Positions 1-9,071 of a stretch of 13,179 nt of DNA are shown piece by piece. The DNA lies in assembly GCA_965263355.1 (NCBI GenBank), contig CBDHHL010000007.1, forward strand, positions 1 through 13,179, in the 5' to 3' direction. The DNA is from Leptolyngbyaceae cyanobacterium (GTDB lineage Bacteria > Cyanobacteriota > Cyanobacteriia > Phormidesmidales > Phormidesmidaceae). Positions within the stretch are counted from its first letter, which is position 1; the number at the start of each line of letters is the position of its first letter. Position numbers and translations under genes: made by a program. The notes under the pieces were generated by a model. The model searched no databases, had not been told where the DNA came from, and saw only the letters and a list, made by a program, of their open reading frames with translations.

Positions 1-465
1 GCCATTGTCACAACTGACAGCAACGATGGCAGCAATATTGAACTGACGGCTAATGAAGATATCCCCAACGGCGCAGTTGCCAATTGGCCCGGTGAAGTTG
101 ATTTGATTACGTCTCACAACCTGGGGGTCCAGACCACGCTGAATAATGTTTCGACATATCAGCACATTGGTTCTGGTGAATCTTCCCGTCAGGATACGAC
201 TAGAACTTTCACGATCGCGGCTAACTTATCTGAGTATTCCAGCGGGCAACGGATTTTACGTTATGCCGTGAATGCTGAGAACGATGTCTACCTTGAAGTT
301 CAAGACCCTAACCCCGATGCTGTCACGTTTAGCACTCCACCGTTATCGTTTGGTGTTGCTCGAATGTCGGACGGTTCTAAGGACGGTCAGAACGGGAACA
401 AACTTGCCCTATCTCTTAATGGCACGTTCTCCGGTGCTGTGACTGAACTTGAGGCTGCTGCTTAG
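1..465 (+). CDS. Probable major tail (tube) protein, 5'-truncated by the window edge
   Basis: Frame 1 is open from base 1 (AIVTTDSNDGSNIELTANEDIPNG...) to TAG 463-465, so the listed start at 103 is internal. The C-terminus is beta-rich with a tube-like pattern (FGVARMSDGSKDGQNGNKLALSLNGTFSG), and the gene lies upstream of the chaperone and TMP genes. Confidence 0.65.
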   Translation, partial: AIVTTDSNDGSNIELTANEDIPNGAVANWPGEVDLITSHNLGVQTTLNNVSTYQHIGSGESSRQDTTRTFTIAANLSEYSSGQRILRYAVNAENDVYLEVQDPNPDAVTFSTPPLSFGVARMSDGSKDGQNGNKLALSLNGTFSGAVTELEAAA

Positions 466-722
466 TGAAGATTGAAGCCTTGCAAAACCAGCATATTTTC
501 ATGCTTGGCTGCACAGTTGAGGGGTCAAGGCTAAGGGCATTACTTAGCTTTACTAAGCCTAAAATGTGTGCTGGTTTTGCAGGGCAAGAGGCGTTACTGG
601 TCGAACCGTATCGGCAGAACAATACTGAAATTGTTGTTGTGATGCCGAGTGACTTAGAAGCAATTTATACATACTTAGACTTGGAGGTTGTTCGTTGTGA
701 CTCAGACCTTATGGGAAATTAA
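465..722 (+). CDS. Hypothetical phage protein (85 aa)
   Basis: GTG start overlaps the upstream TAG (TAGTG). The ORF fills the gap between the tube and chaperone genes. No recognisable motif. Confidence 0.6.
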   Translation: MKIEALQNQHIFMLGCTVEGSRLRALLSFTKPKMCAGFAGQEALLVEPYRQNNTEIVVVMPSDLEAIYTYLDLEVVRCDSDLMGN

Positions 723-1200
723 ATCAGTCGATCGCGTGGTTCGGGTGCCTGGGATGCCCCCGGTTACTGTTCCGGTTTTTCCGTCCTTATTAGTAGCTGA
801 AGAAGAGTATTTTCAGAGTCTTAGGGACAACGAAGAGATTAGCGATAAGCGATTGATGGACCTGTTAGTCGCGTTTTGCCTTAAACATCGTGGCGTACTT
901 GGCGATGATGTCCCTACTGAAAAGATTATTGCAAATACTCCCAGGCCATTGGCTGAAGCTTTGTTTAGCTTATTTATCTATGGCTTGCCAGGGAAGCGAG
1001 TAAATCCAACTGAGTATATTTACGATCCTGAAACTGAACTGGGAAACGACGAAAATCAGAGCCAATCGACTGGGGAAAACTCTGCTGGCAACTACAGCGC
1101 TGGTATCCAGGCTGCGAATATTTCAGACCTACCCAGTTTAGAAACTGTCCGTCAAAACTCGCCTTGGATGCCGCCAGAGTCTGGCGCGATGACCGCATAG
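697..1200 (+). CDS. Tail assembly chaperone, lambda gpG analogue (about 167 aa)
   Basis: GGAGG at 683-687 precedes an in-frame GTG at 697. The gene lies just upstream of the TMP and contains an in-phase slippery heptamer G GGA AAC at 1041-1047. Confidence 0.75.
   Translation: MTQTLWEIKSVDRVVRVPGMPPVTVPVFPSLLVAEEEYFQSLRDNEEISDKRLMDLLVAFCLKHRGVLGDDVPTEKIIANTPRPLAEALFSLFIYGLPGKRVNPTEYIYDPETELGNDENQSQSTGENSAGNYSAGIQAANISDLPSLETVRQNSPWMPPESGAMTA
1041..1047 (+). other. Programmed -1 ribosomal frameshift site G GGA AAC
   Basis: X XXY YYZ heptamer in the correct phase (CTG GGA AAC). Lambda G-T uses G GGA AAG at the syntenic position. Confidence 0.8.
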
Positions 1201-1463
1201 CCGAGCTAGCTGAGGAAGCCACCGCGACTAGTGAGGTTGCGGCATTGATCGCACGGGCGAATTTCAAGAACGCTGAAGACGCCAGCGCGACTGATTTTAA
1301 TCGTTGGGGATTAACCCAGCGCAGGAATGAGCTTGCTAAGACTATCCCCCCTGAGGCCGCAAAAATCTATGTGAAGTTGCTGAAGAAAAACCGAGTGCCA
1401 GATTGGGCGAGGGCGATTATGTCTGAACGCGATATGACGTTATTAGCAGGAAAAGTTGAATAG
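1041..1463 (+). CDS. -1 frame extension of the tail chaperone (gpT analogue); predicted GT fusion 697-1463 of about 255 aa
   Basis: The -1 frame is closed by TGA at 1035-1037, then open from 1038 to TAG 1461-1463. It reads GKRRKSEPIDWGKLCWQLQRWYPGCEYFRPTQFRNCPSKLALDAARVWRDD... and includes the listed 1164..1463 ORF. Confidence 0.8.
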   Translation, partial: GKRRKSEPIDWGKLCWQLQRWYPGCEYFRPTQFRNCPSKLALDAARVWRDDRIAELAEEATATSEVAALIARANFKNAEDASATDFNRWGLTQRRNELAKTIPPEAAKIYVKLLKKNRVPDWARAIMSERDMTLLAGKVE

Positions 1464-4400
1464 TGGTTCAAGCTGGTTCGGTTGAATTCGCAGTTGAATT
1501 TTCGGAGTCGAGTATTACGGCTGCGATCGCTGACTTGCGGACACGGTTCAACCGGGTTGATGACCTTGCTATTGATGTCAGGCTGAATGATGAGACTGTT
1601 ATTCGTGGCATTAGCGACATTAGACAGCAGCTTAGTAATGCTGATAATGTTCGGCTGGATGTTAATCTTGACGATTCAATTACTAGAGAGATAACCCAGC
1701 TTAGACAACAGTTAGAAGCTATCAACAGAACTCAGGCAAGTGTTGACTTTGGGCGCAGTGCTGCTCAAGCTGACGCGATCGCTCAGTCACTGACTCAGCT
1801 AAGAGCCCAATCAAATATTCCAGTAACTGTCAATACGAATGCTGCCCAGCGTAATGTTCAGGAGTTAAGGCGTGGGTTTGCAACGGTTCAACAGGCTGTT
1901 GATGGATTGAGTCGTGAGAGGATCAACCTAGAAGTTAATGCTCGAAATATTCAAAATCAGATTGCGGCGGTTGATGCCAGAATTCAACAACTGCGTGACA
2001 AAGAGATTCAGATTCGAGCAAATTCTAGAGCAGCTGAAGCAACAATTCGGAATTTAGACGCTCAAGTTACTGAACTTCAGCGTAATCGTTCTGATATCCA
2101 GCTAAAGATTGATGCTCGCACTGAAGAAATAAATACTATCGAGCAAACGATAGAACGGCTTAGAAATACTCGAATAAATTTAGAGCTAAACCCATCCACC
2201 AGTAACCAAGCACTTAATTTGTTGGATCAGCGAATCCAGCAATTAAGCAACGAGCGAATTAAGCTAGAAACCGATAGCACGTTACAGAATCAAATTCTGC
2301 AGATAGAAGATAGGATCGGCAGAATTCAATCACGACGACTTCGGCTAGAGGCTGATACACGCCAAGCTGAACCACGCATTAGGCAGATTCAGACTCAGCT
2401 CGGTACGCTTGACGATAAACGAGTTCGATTAAATGTCGATGCCGACAACGCAACTGAACAGATTCGCACTCTCGATAGACGGTTAGAGGCATTAGGGGGC
2501 GGGAACGCTAGGCAGGCATTACGGCAAATTAACAGGGAACTAAGACAATTAAGTTCTCCCACAATATCGCCCAATCTAGATCTTAGTGGCATCCGGAATA
2601 GTAGCGGAATTGTTCAAGGAATTTTCCAGGGGATTGGCCAAAGAGTTTTTGATACTCTAGCTAACGCTATTGGAGGGGGCATCAGAGCAGGGCTTTCAAC
2701 TGTTCAAAATGCAGTTGGCTTTGAGCAGGCATTAGTTACGTTTAGCGCTCGTGCGGGTGGAGCTGAGGAAGCGATCGCGGCAGTCACCGAGGAGTCTAGA
2801 CGATTAGGAATTGAAACCAGTAAAACACCTGAAGAAGTGGCGCGCATCGCTACTCGAATGGTCGAATTAGGCGGTGAAGTCACTGAAGTTGGGGATAATG
2901 TTGCAGGCGTTGTAGCTGCACTAGAAGGGACTGGTTTTACTAATATTGATGCGACTGCTAAAGCTATTCAGGCGGGAACAAATATTTTTAACGAGTCTGC
3001 CGATGCTTTGGCCGATAAAATCACGCTACTTGCCAATACAACAGCAGTTACATCAGCTGAAGGTATTTTGCAGGCATTTGGTAAAGCGGGCGGTTCGTTT
3101 GTCGATGCTGATGTTAGCGCGTCAACATTATTGGCAACATTTGCTAAATTCTCCGAGACAGCCACTCCTGAAGTGGCCGCGACTGCAACCAGGAATGCCC
3201 TGGATGGTTTAAGAGGTAGGACTGATGTAGCAAGAGAAGCATTAGACAGGCTAAACGTTTCATTCTTTGATAATCAAGGCCCGACCGCGTTTACGGACAC
3301 ATTAGTAGATCTTAGAGATGCACTTGAGCCGCTAAGTGAAGAAGATCGATTTACAGCTTTACAAGATATTTTTGGCGGCAGAAGTGCTTCACAGATAGGA
3401 TTGTTGTTGCAAGGTTTAGACGATGTAATCGCAAAAACCGATGAACTTGAACAGGGCTTCGGCGCATCCGGTGAAGCTGCAGACAATTTAAATCAGGGCG
3501 TTGCTGCGGCGGTTAATCGACTGCAAGGAACCCTGACCACTGCCGGAACCGATCTTGGTTTGGCACTGACACCAGGTATAGAGGCGGGCGTTAGAACATT
3601 GACCGCGTCAATTAATGCTGCCATTGAAGACGGTGATGCTTTTGGGGACACAGCGGCTTCAGTCGAGGCACTATTGGAGGCTGTTGACGGTTCTGAAGTT
3701 GTTGATGTTTTATCAGCTAGCCTTCGTAGCTTGTTTGATTCAGTTGATGCGGGGGCAGCCAGCCTGATTGATTCGCTATCTAATATATTGAGTGATCCTG
3801 AAAATCTCGACAGATTTGGTCAATCAATTGAAAATCTTGGGACTGTCCTCGGTGGAACTTTAAGAATTGCGGGCGTTGCTGCTGAGGCGTTTACTGTGCT
3901 ATCAGCCGCATATTCTGACACGATAGGCGATGGCCCAGCTGAGGCAATTGGGCAATTTTCATTAATTCTTGAAGGGATTATCCCGGTTGCAACTCAGGTT
4001 AGAGATTCAATATCCGGTTTAGTAAATCCGGTCACTGAATTTTTAGATCGCTTTTCCTTGGTTGGCGATTTAATAAATCAGTTCGGCACTTTAGGCCCAG
4101 CTATTGGCGCGATAGGCCTAGCTTTTACCGGGGTCAGCAATACAGTTCAATTATTGCGGGAACAGTTAGGGTTTTTAACAGCTGAGGCAGTCCAACCAGC
4201 TGTAATCACTGATGCTGGTGCTGAGGGCGTCCAGGCGTTAGTGAATGCCGGAAGTAGATTATCTTCTGATGCTGGCCAAAATAGCAGAGAGGAACAGCTA
4301 GCAGCAGCACAAGCATTGGCTGGCCAGTTGGGAGATATTGAAGCCAATGGCGTTGAATTATCTGAACGGAGAAAAGAACAGCTCAGGGAAGAATCGTTGC

Positions 4401-5935
4401 AGGCATTAGAGGATACTCAGTCTGCTGCCCTGGCAAGATTAGCAGCTCAAGAAGCTGAACAGATTAATGATATTCGTCAGGCTCAATTGGCAGCTGGCCC
4501 TGAAAATCCAACAGCCGAAAGCAATGCAGATTCGGCTGTTCGTGATATTCAAGCTGACTTTGCCCAGCAACGGATCCAGATCGCTCAAGATGAAATCGAT
4601 CAAATCAATCAACTAAGAGCCGATGGCATTATTACAGCTGAGGAAGCTGAGCAACGGTTGGTCACTGCTAAACAGGAGTCTGCTGAATTGTCAGTGCAGG
4701 CGATTGAGCAGCAGATCGCAGCTGAACAAGCCGCTGCTGATGCTGTTAGAGAACGGATTGAAGAAGAGCTATCAGCCAGAGAGCGGTTAAATGCCTTGGC
4801 ATCCGAACAAACAAATTTGCAGTTTGAGGTTGATAATTCTGGCTTAGAAAATCAATTATCAATATCCCAGGCTTTAGCTAATGTTGATGCTGCAAGAATT
4901 GATTCAGCGGCTCAATTAATTAGTGCTCAATTGGCTCAAGCAGAGGCAATTGAAAACTTTGCAGCAGTTGAGGAAGCCAGAGATCGGCTATTGCTTAATC
5001 AGTTGCAATCAATCCGAGCAGGCACCCAAGCCCAACAGCAACAGATTGCTATCCAACGGCAAATAGTAACGCTTGATGGCCAGAGACAAATAACGTTAGC
5101 TCAGATTGCCCGTGATGAAGCCCAGATTGCAGTAGATAGAGCCCGTTCGAGCCAGGGAGTATCGACAGAGGAACTTAATGGGCTTCAGTCGATTGTTGAA
5201 CTCAGGGCGCAAGGAATTGAATCTGCTAGGGCAAATTTAGATGTTCAACTGAGTATTTTAGACGCTCAAGAAGAAGAACAAAGCATCTTAGCTGAAACCG
5301 CTGAAGCTGAGGCAATCAGAGAGCGGAGATTGGAGGGCATTGAATCATTAATTGAACGCCAAACTGATTTACTAGACGAGCAAAAAGACTTAGAAAGTGA
5401 TATTGCCGATGAGACAGAACGACGGCAGAGTGCTATTGATTCGATTGTTTCGTCATTAAGCGGCTTAGAAGATGTTGGTGCTGAGCAGGCATTAGAAGAC
5501 TTGAACCAGCTTGAAGATAATTTACGTTCAGCCAGACGAGCAGGCGCAATTGATAGTGAAACTGCGTCACAGTTGCAGTCAGGAATTAATCAGGCCCAGC
5601 GACTAGCGCGTTCCGGCGACGGATTTACAGTAGAGGAAGCTTTTAATTTTTCAGATAGCCAAAATCCATTTGCTCAAAGCATTTTGGATAGTTTAGGGCT
5701 TGGTGGAGTTAATGCATTTGCTGAAGCTCAGCAAGAAATTTTATTGGCCGATACTCAGATAGAACAGCTGACAACCAAGTTAGAGGAAGTTAGAGACGCT
5801 GTTGCTGCTTTGCCTGAGAACATCCCGACCGGCATAGAAAATTTAACCGTATCGACTCCTGACCCAATCGCTGATGCTGCTCAAATTACAGCCGATCTAA
5901 CCCGGCAACAACAGATTGCGGAGGGAGTTATCTAA
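1463..5935 (+). CDS. Phage tail tape measure protein (1490 aa) with TP901-type core
   Basis: Long Ala/Gln/Glu-rich helical protein. N-terminus is AGSVEFAVEF. The core FEQALVTFSARAGGAEEAIAAVTEESRRLGIETSKTPEEVA (from about 2720) is typical of TMPs. It follows the chaperone genes. Confidence 0.92.
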   Translation: MVQAGSVEFAVEFSESSITAAIADLRTRFNRVDDLAIDVRLNDETVIRGISDIRQQLSNADNVRLDVNLDDSITREITQLRQQLEAINRTQASVDFGRSAAQADAIAQSLTQLRAQSNIPVTVNTNAAQRNVQELRRGFATVQQAVDGLSRERINLEVNARNIQNQIAAVDARIQQLRDKEIQIRANSRAAEATIRNLDAQVTELQRNRSDIQLKIDARTEEINTIEQTIERLRNTRINLELNPSTSNQALNLLDQRIQQLSNERIKLETDSTLQNQILQIEDRIGRIQSRRLRLEADTRQAEPRIRQIQTQLGTLDDKRVRLNVDADNATEQIRTLDRRLEALGGGNARQALRQINRELRQLSSPTISPNLDLSGIRNSSGIVQGIFQGIGQRVFDTLANAIGGGIRAGLSTVQNAVGFEQALVTFSARAGGAEEAIAAVTEESRRLGIETSKTPEEVARIATRMVELGGEVTEVGDNVAGVVAALEGTGFTNIDATAKAIQAGTNIFNESADALADKITLLANTTAVTSAEGILQAFGKAGGSFVDADVSASTLLATFAKFSETATPEVAATATRNALDGLRGRTDVAREALDRLNVSFFDNQGPTAFTDTLVDLRDALEPLSEEDRFTALQDIFGGRSASQIGLLLQGLDDVIAKTDELEQGFGASGEAADNLNQGVAAAVNRLQGTLTTAGTDLGLALTPGIEAGVRTLTASINAAIEDGDAFGDTAASVEALLEAVDGSEVVDVLSASLRSLFDSVDAGAASLIDSLSNILSDPENLDRFGQSIENLGTVLGGTLRIAGVAAEAFTVLSAAYSDTIGDGPAEAIGQFSLILEGIIPVATQVRDSISGLVNPVTEFLDRFSLVGDLINQFGTLGPAIGAIGLAFTGVSNTVQLLREQLGFLTAEAVQPAVITDAGAEGVQALVNAGSRLSSDAGQNSREEQLAAAQALAGQLGDIEANGVELSERRKEQLREESLQALEDTQSAALARLAAQEAEQINDIRQAQLAAGPENPTAESNADSAVRDIQADFAQQRIQIAQDEIDQINQLRADGIITAEEAEQRLVTAKQESAELSVQAIEQQIAAEQAAADAVRERIEEELSARERLNALASEQTNLQFEVDNSGLENQLSISQALANVDAARIDSAAQLISAQLAQAEAIENFAAVEEARDRLLLNQLQSIRAGTQAQQQQIAIQRQIVTLDGQRQITLAQIARDEAQIAVDRARSSQGVSTEELNGLQSIVELRAQGIESARANLDVQLSILDAQEEEQSILAETAEAEAIRERRLEGIESLIERQTDLLDEQKDLESDIADETERRQSAIDSIVSSLSGLEDVGAEQALEDLNQLEDNLRSARRAGAIDSETASQLQSGINQAQRLARSGDGFTVEEAFNFSDSQNPFAQSILDSLGLGGVNAFAEAQQEILLADTQIEQLTTKLEEVRDAVAALPENIPTGIENLTVSTPDPIADAAQITADLTRQQQIAEGVI
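1880..2495 (+). repeat. About 7 degenerate 27-30-aa coiled-coil repeats in the TMP N-terminal region
   Basis: Units such as LQNQILQIEDRIGRIQSRRLRLEADTRQ / AEPRIRQIQTQLGTLDDKRVRLNVDADN / SNQALNLLDQRIQQLSNERIKLETDST. Visible at protein level only. Confidence 0.65.
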
Positions 5936-6426
5936 TGGCCCTGCCTACCACTACAGAACGGGGAATCGTTCTAAATCATGCCGATTACAGCCTAGCTATC
6001 ACTTTGTTTGGCCGTTACCCTGGTCAGTTTCCACGGGTTGATGGTCGTTATAAAGGGATTGTTCGTAGTAAACGGGGGGCAGCTGCTAGGACGGGGGCTT
6101 TAACTAGATTTGCTATTTGGAATTTTGTTGGTTGCCTAACCCTTGACCAGCAAGAGATTTTAATTCGAATGGAAGCTGCTTATTGGGGCAACCCTGGCCC
6201 ATGGATCATCTATGACTATACAAATTATTGGTCTGAAAATGGGACCACAAATACCAGAGCGATCGCGCCCAATAGCACAGTAGCAGCTGACGCTAATACA
6301 ATTTGCTACTATCCCCAATGGCAAGCTGAACCAACAAACCAACGAGGGTTTGAATACAGTGAAAAATCTGATGGGGTTCGTGTAGCTCAGTTTCAGTTCA
6401 CAGAATCGGGGGTTATCGTGCCATGA
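5935..6426 (+). CDS. Probable distal tail (Dit-like) protein (163 aa)
   Basis: Immediately follows the TMP with a TAATG overlap. Size and the terminal strand (VAQFQFTES) fit a tube-fold distal tail protein. The call is mainly positional. Confidence 0.55.
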   Translation: MALPTTTERGIVLNHADYSLAITLFGRYPGQFPRVDGRYKGIVRSKRGAAARTGALTRFAIWNFVGCLTLDQQEILIRMEAAYWGNPGPWIIYDYTNYWSENGTTNTRAIAPNSTVAADANTICYYPQWQAEPTNQRGFEYSEKSDGVRVAQFQFTESGVIVP

Positions 6427-9071
6427 CCTCTTTCACTATTGATGCTCAAGATAGAGATTGGACAGCAAGCCTCGAAATTTTAGACGCTAATCGAGCCGTG
6501 ATTAGTGGCCCGCATGATATTTCTGATGCGTTAATCAGTGTCGATATCGATTTTTCCGAACTGAGATCGGGGAATAGGCTAAACGGTTGGCTGGCATGGG
6601 AAGGCAGTATTGTATTAAGCCCGGAATTAAGCACAACAGTTAGTCTTGATAACCGCGATACTGCCTCTAACCCGTCAGGTGCTGAAGTGTTGGCCATGGG
6701 AAACCGGATCACACTGAGCATGTGGACGGGGGCAAATTATGAAAGATTTTGGCCGCCGTTTTATATCTTGAGGGAAGCTTCCCCTAGGATAGAAATCCCT
6801 ACAAGTGAATCCCAAGCCCAGATTACGATTGACTTAGGGGATCTTGGCAAATCACTAGATCTGTTTACTCCAGAAAATAATTACTCAGGAATCACTCAGG
6901 GAACAACCACAACGCCCACAACGTTAATTCGTAATATTGCGACTCAGATAGGCATCCCAACATCATCAGATACGATCGCGGGCGGTTATTCAGTCAATAC
7001 AGCCGTCCAGAAAAAATCTACACGGTCAACAGTGCGTGAGATTGGGGAAATAGCAGCAGCTCAAAAGTATGTTGCTTGGCTTGATGCTGCTGAAGAATTA
7101 AGGCTCACTCCAGCTGACTTTACGCTCAAAACAGCTCCAGATTTTAGCCTAACTATCGGCATTGGAGGAGACGAAGTTGGCGAGAACGGATGGGAACCCG
7201 TCAATCTTGAAGAACGTCCGCCGGGGGAATTAACAGTAACGGGCGGTTCAGACCTCGCTCAAGAAGTTGAAAATCCTAGCGTAATCGTTCGCACTGTTCC
7301 TGGTCCTGGCTACACATCCTTGACCAGCACTGAAACTAAAACGATAACGCCAGTTGGGGGCGCGCCTCAGACAGTAATTACGTATGAAGAACGCCAAGCC
7401 GAGTTACAGATACAGCCTAGGGTTATCACTACGGATAATTCTGGCGTTGTCCCGACGCTGCTGACAGACATCGACAATACGAGCAATGGTCTGCAAGATT
7501 CTGAAGATAGCTCGATTACCCATCGATATAACGGAATCACTAAACGACTGACTGAGACAGTTGAGCTGATTCGTAAAGCACGGGGGCTTAGCGGTGGCGA
7601 TGCATTCAGAGAGGAAGAAAATAATTTAGCCCTGACATTACTTGACAATAGCCAAACGACCACGGCCTACACTTACGACAATATTTTAGGCGTAGTCAGT
7701 TCACGGACCATTACAGAACGTCGGCCATGGTGCTTGTGGGAATGGGGCGAAAAAACACCTACCAACTATGACTTGAATCGTTTTCTTGAGCGTGATTATC
7801 TGACTCAAACGACTACCTGGACTAGAGTGCTGGACGTTAGCGGAGATCCCACAATTGAGGCTTGGCGTGTTGAACAAGTTACTCAGCAGCCTAGGGGCGT
7901 AATCTTCAAAAATTACACGGGGGCCAATCCTGAGACCCTGGTAATTAACCCTGACCCTGAATTAACTTTCACACTGCAAGCCAGTGATGGCTCAACTCGG
8001 CCACCGGATATCGAGTATCAAGAAAGCATTTACACAGAAGAACACCAAGAATTTACGGGTTCAGTGCAGATTGAACCAGTCTCAGGGAATGCCCATAAAT
8101 GGAAAGAGGGAACAATCCGGGTTAATGCTGACGTTATTGTGAGCGATCGCCAGTGCAATGACCTAGCAGAATGGGCGGCAAAATGGCAGCACGGGTTAAG
8201 CCTGGGTCGTTCATTTATTGGAGCAATCCCGACAGAATTATTCACTGTGTTTGACCCGGTATCGAGGGTTGATGTGAATGTTGATGGAAATATTGAAGCT
8301 TACTTTTTGAACGGGTTTAGCATCTCGTCAAATTTAACTGAGACTCTATTTGGATGCAATTTTGGGTTAATTGGCGAAGTTGGGGCAACGCCGGATGTGG
8401 TGGCCCCTCCAATAGAAATATCAGTCCCGATTAATATCACTGAAGACTTGCCAGCGATTCAAGATAATCCGGTTGCGGCTGTAGATAGTGGTGTTGCTAG
8501 TAATGCAGAAGAATTGCCAGCAATTGAAGATAATCCGGTCGCTACAAGCACGGCACCAACACCGGTTAGCAACGATGAAGACTTACCAGCAATTCAAGAT
8601 AATCCAGTCGCTGTTGATAATTCACCTATCTCGGTTAGCAACAATGAAGATTTACCAGCAATTCAAGATAACCCGTCAGTTGCCGAAGCCACAACCAACA
8701 CTGAAAACTTACCAGCAATTCAAGATAACCCAGTTGCTGTCGATGCAAACGCTACAGGCTTAACGGCTATTGCATCAGGCGTATTTACTGACGATGGGAC
8801 GACAATTACTGAGCTGTTCCTAGACGGAGTTAACGCTGGTGGCATTACTAGAGAGGCAACGGGTCGATGGTTGGTTACGTTGGCTACTCCAATGCCATCA
8901 GCTGACTTTATCGCGATCGCGAGCGCCGATCCATCGTCAGGGGTTTCTATTAATTATGCTCATGGCGCTCAATCGATAAGCTCAACAACATTGAGGGTTT
9001 GGCGAGAAGCAAGATCAGGAGTTGGGGCAAATCCAAATATCCAAAAAGTTAGTTTTGCAGTTTGGGGGTAA
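6423..9071 (+). CDS. Tail tip/baseplate hub-like protein with C-terminal repeat string and putative receptor-binding domain (882 aa)
   Basis: ATGA overlap with the Dit-like gene. Contains a hub-like segment (LIRNIATQIGI...VREIGEIAAAQKYVAWLDAAEELRL), a Thr-rich beta middle, 5x EDLPAIQDNP repeats, and a terminal about 100-aa domain with TGRWLVTLATPMPSADF. Confidence 0.65.
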   Translation: MTSFTIDAQDRDWTASLEILDANRAVISGPHDISDALISVDIDFSELRSGNRLNGWLAWEGSIVLSPELSTTVSLDNRDTASNPSGAEVLAMGNRITLSMWTGANYERFWPPFYILREASPRIEIPTSESQAQITIDLGDLGKSLDLFTPENNYSGITQGTTTTPTTLIRNIATQIGIPTSSDTIAGGYSVNTAVQKKSTRSTVREIGEIAAAQKYVAWLDAAEELRLTPADFTLKTAPDFSLTIGIGGDEVGENGWEPVNLEERPPGELTVTGGSDLAQEVENPSVIVRTVPGPGYTSLTSTETKTITPVGGAPQTVITYEERQAELQIQPRVITTDNSGVVPTLLTDIDNTSNGLQDSEDSSITHRYNGITKRLTETVELIRKARGLSGGDAFREEENNLALTLLDNSQTTTAYTYDNILGVVSSRTITERRPWCLWEWGEKTPTNYDLNRFLERDYLTQTTTWTRVLDVSGDPTIEAWRVEQVTQQPRGVIFKNYTGANPETLVINPDPELTFTLQASDGSTRPPDIEYQESIYTEEHQEFTGSVQIEPVSGNAHKWKEGTIRVNADVIVSDRQCNDLAEWAAKWQHGLSLGRSFIGAIPTELFTVFDPVSRVDVNVDGNIEAYFLNGFSISSNLTETLFGCNFGLIGEVGATPDVVAPPIEISVPINITEDLPAIQDNPVAAVDSGVASNAEELPAIEDNPVATSTAPTPVSNDEDLPAIQDNPVAVDNSPISVSNNEDLPAIQDNPSVAEATTNTENLPAIQDNPVAVDANATGLTAIASGVFTDDGTTITELFLDGVNAGGITREATGRWLVTLATPMPSADFIAIASADPSSGVSINYAHGAQSISSTTLRVWREARSGVGANPNIQKVSFAVWG
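8442..8740 (+). repeat. Five in-frame repeats, core E(D/E/N)LPAI(Q/E)DNP
   Basis: Cores start at 8442, 8508, 8577, 8646 and 8703. Spacings are 66, 69, 69 and 57 bp, all multiples of 3. Variation in the core is mostly synonymous. Confidence 0.95.

Noticed and set aside
1072..1080. Second slippery-looking run GGGGAAAAC
   Set aside because: In the chaperone 0 frame it reads GGG GAA AAC, which is not X XXY YYZ phase. The 1041 site is in phase and sits right where the -1 frame opens.
8442..8740. Repeat/spacer-like pattern (about 33-bp core plus variable linkers) resembling a CRISPR array
   Set aside because: All periods are multiples of 3 within an open CDS, the variation is largely synonymous, the cores are not palindromic, linkers share sequence, and no cas genes are seen. 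This is a protein repeat.
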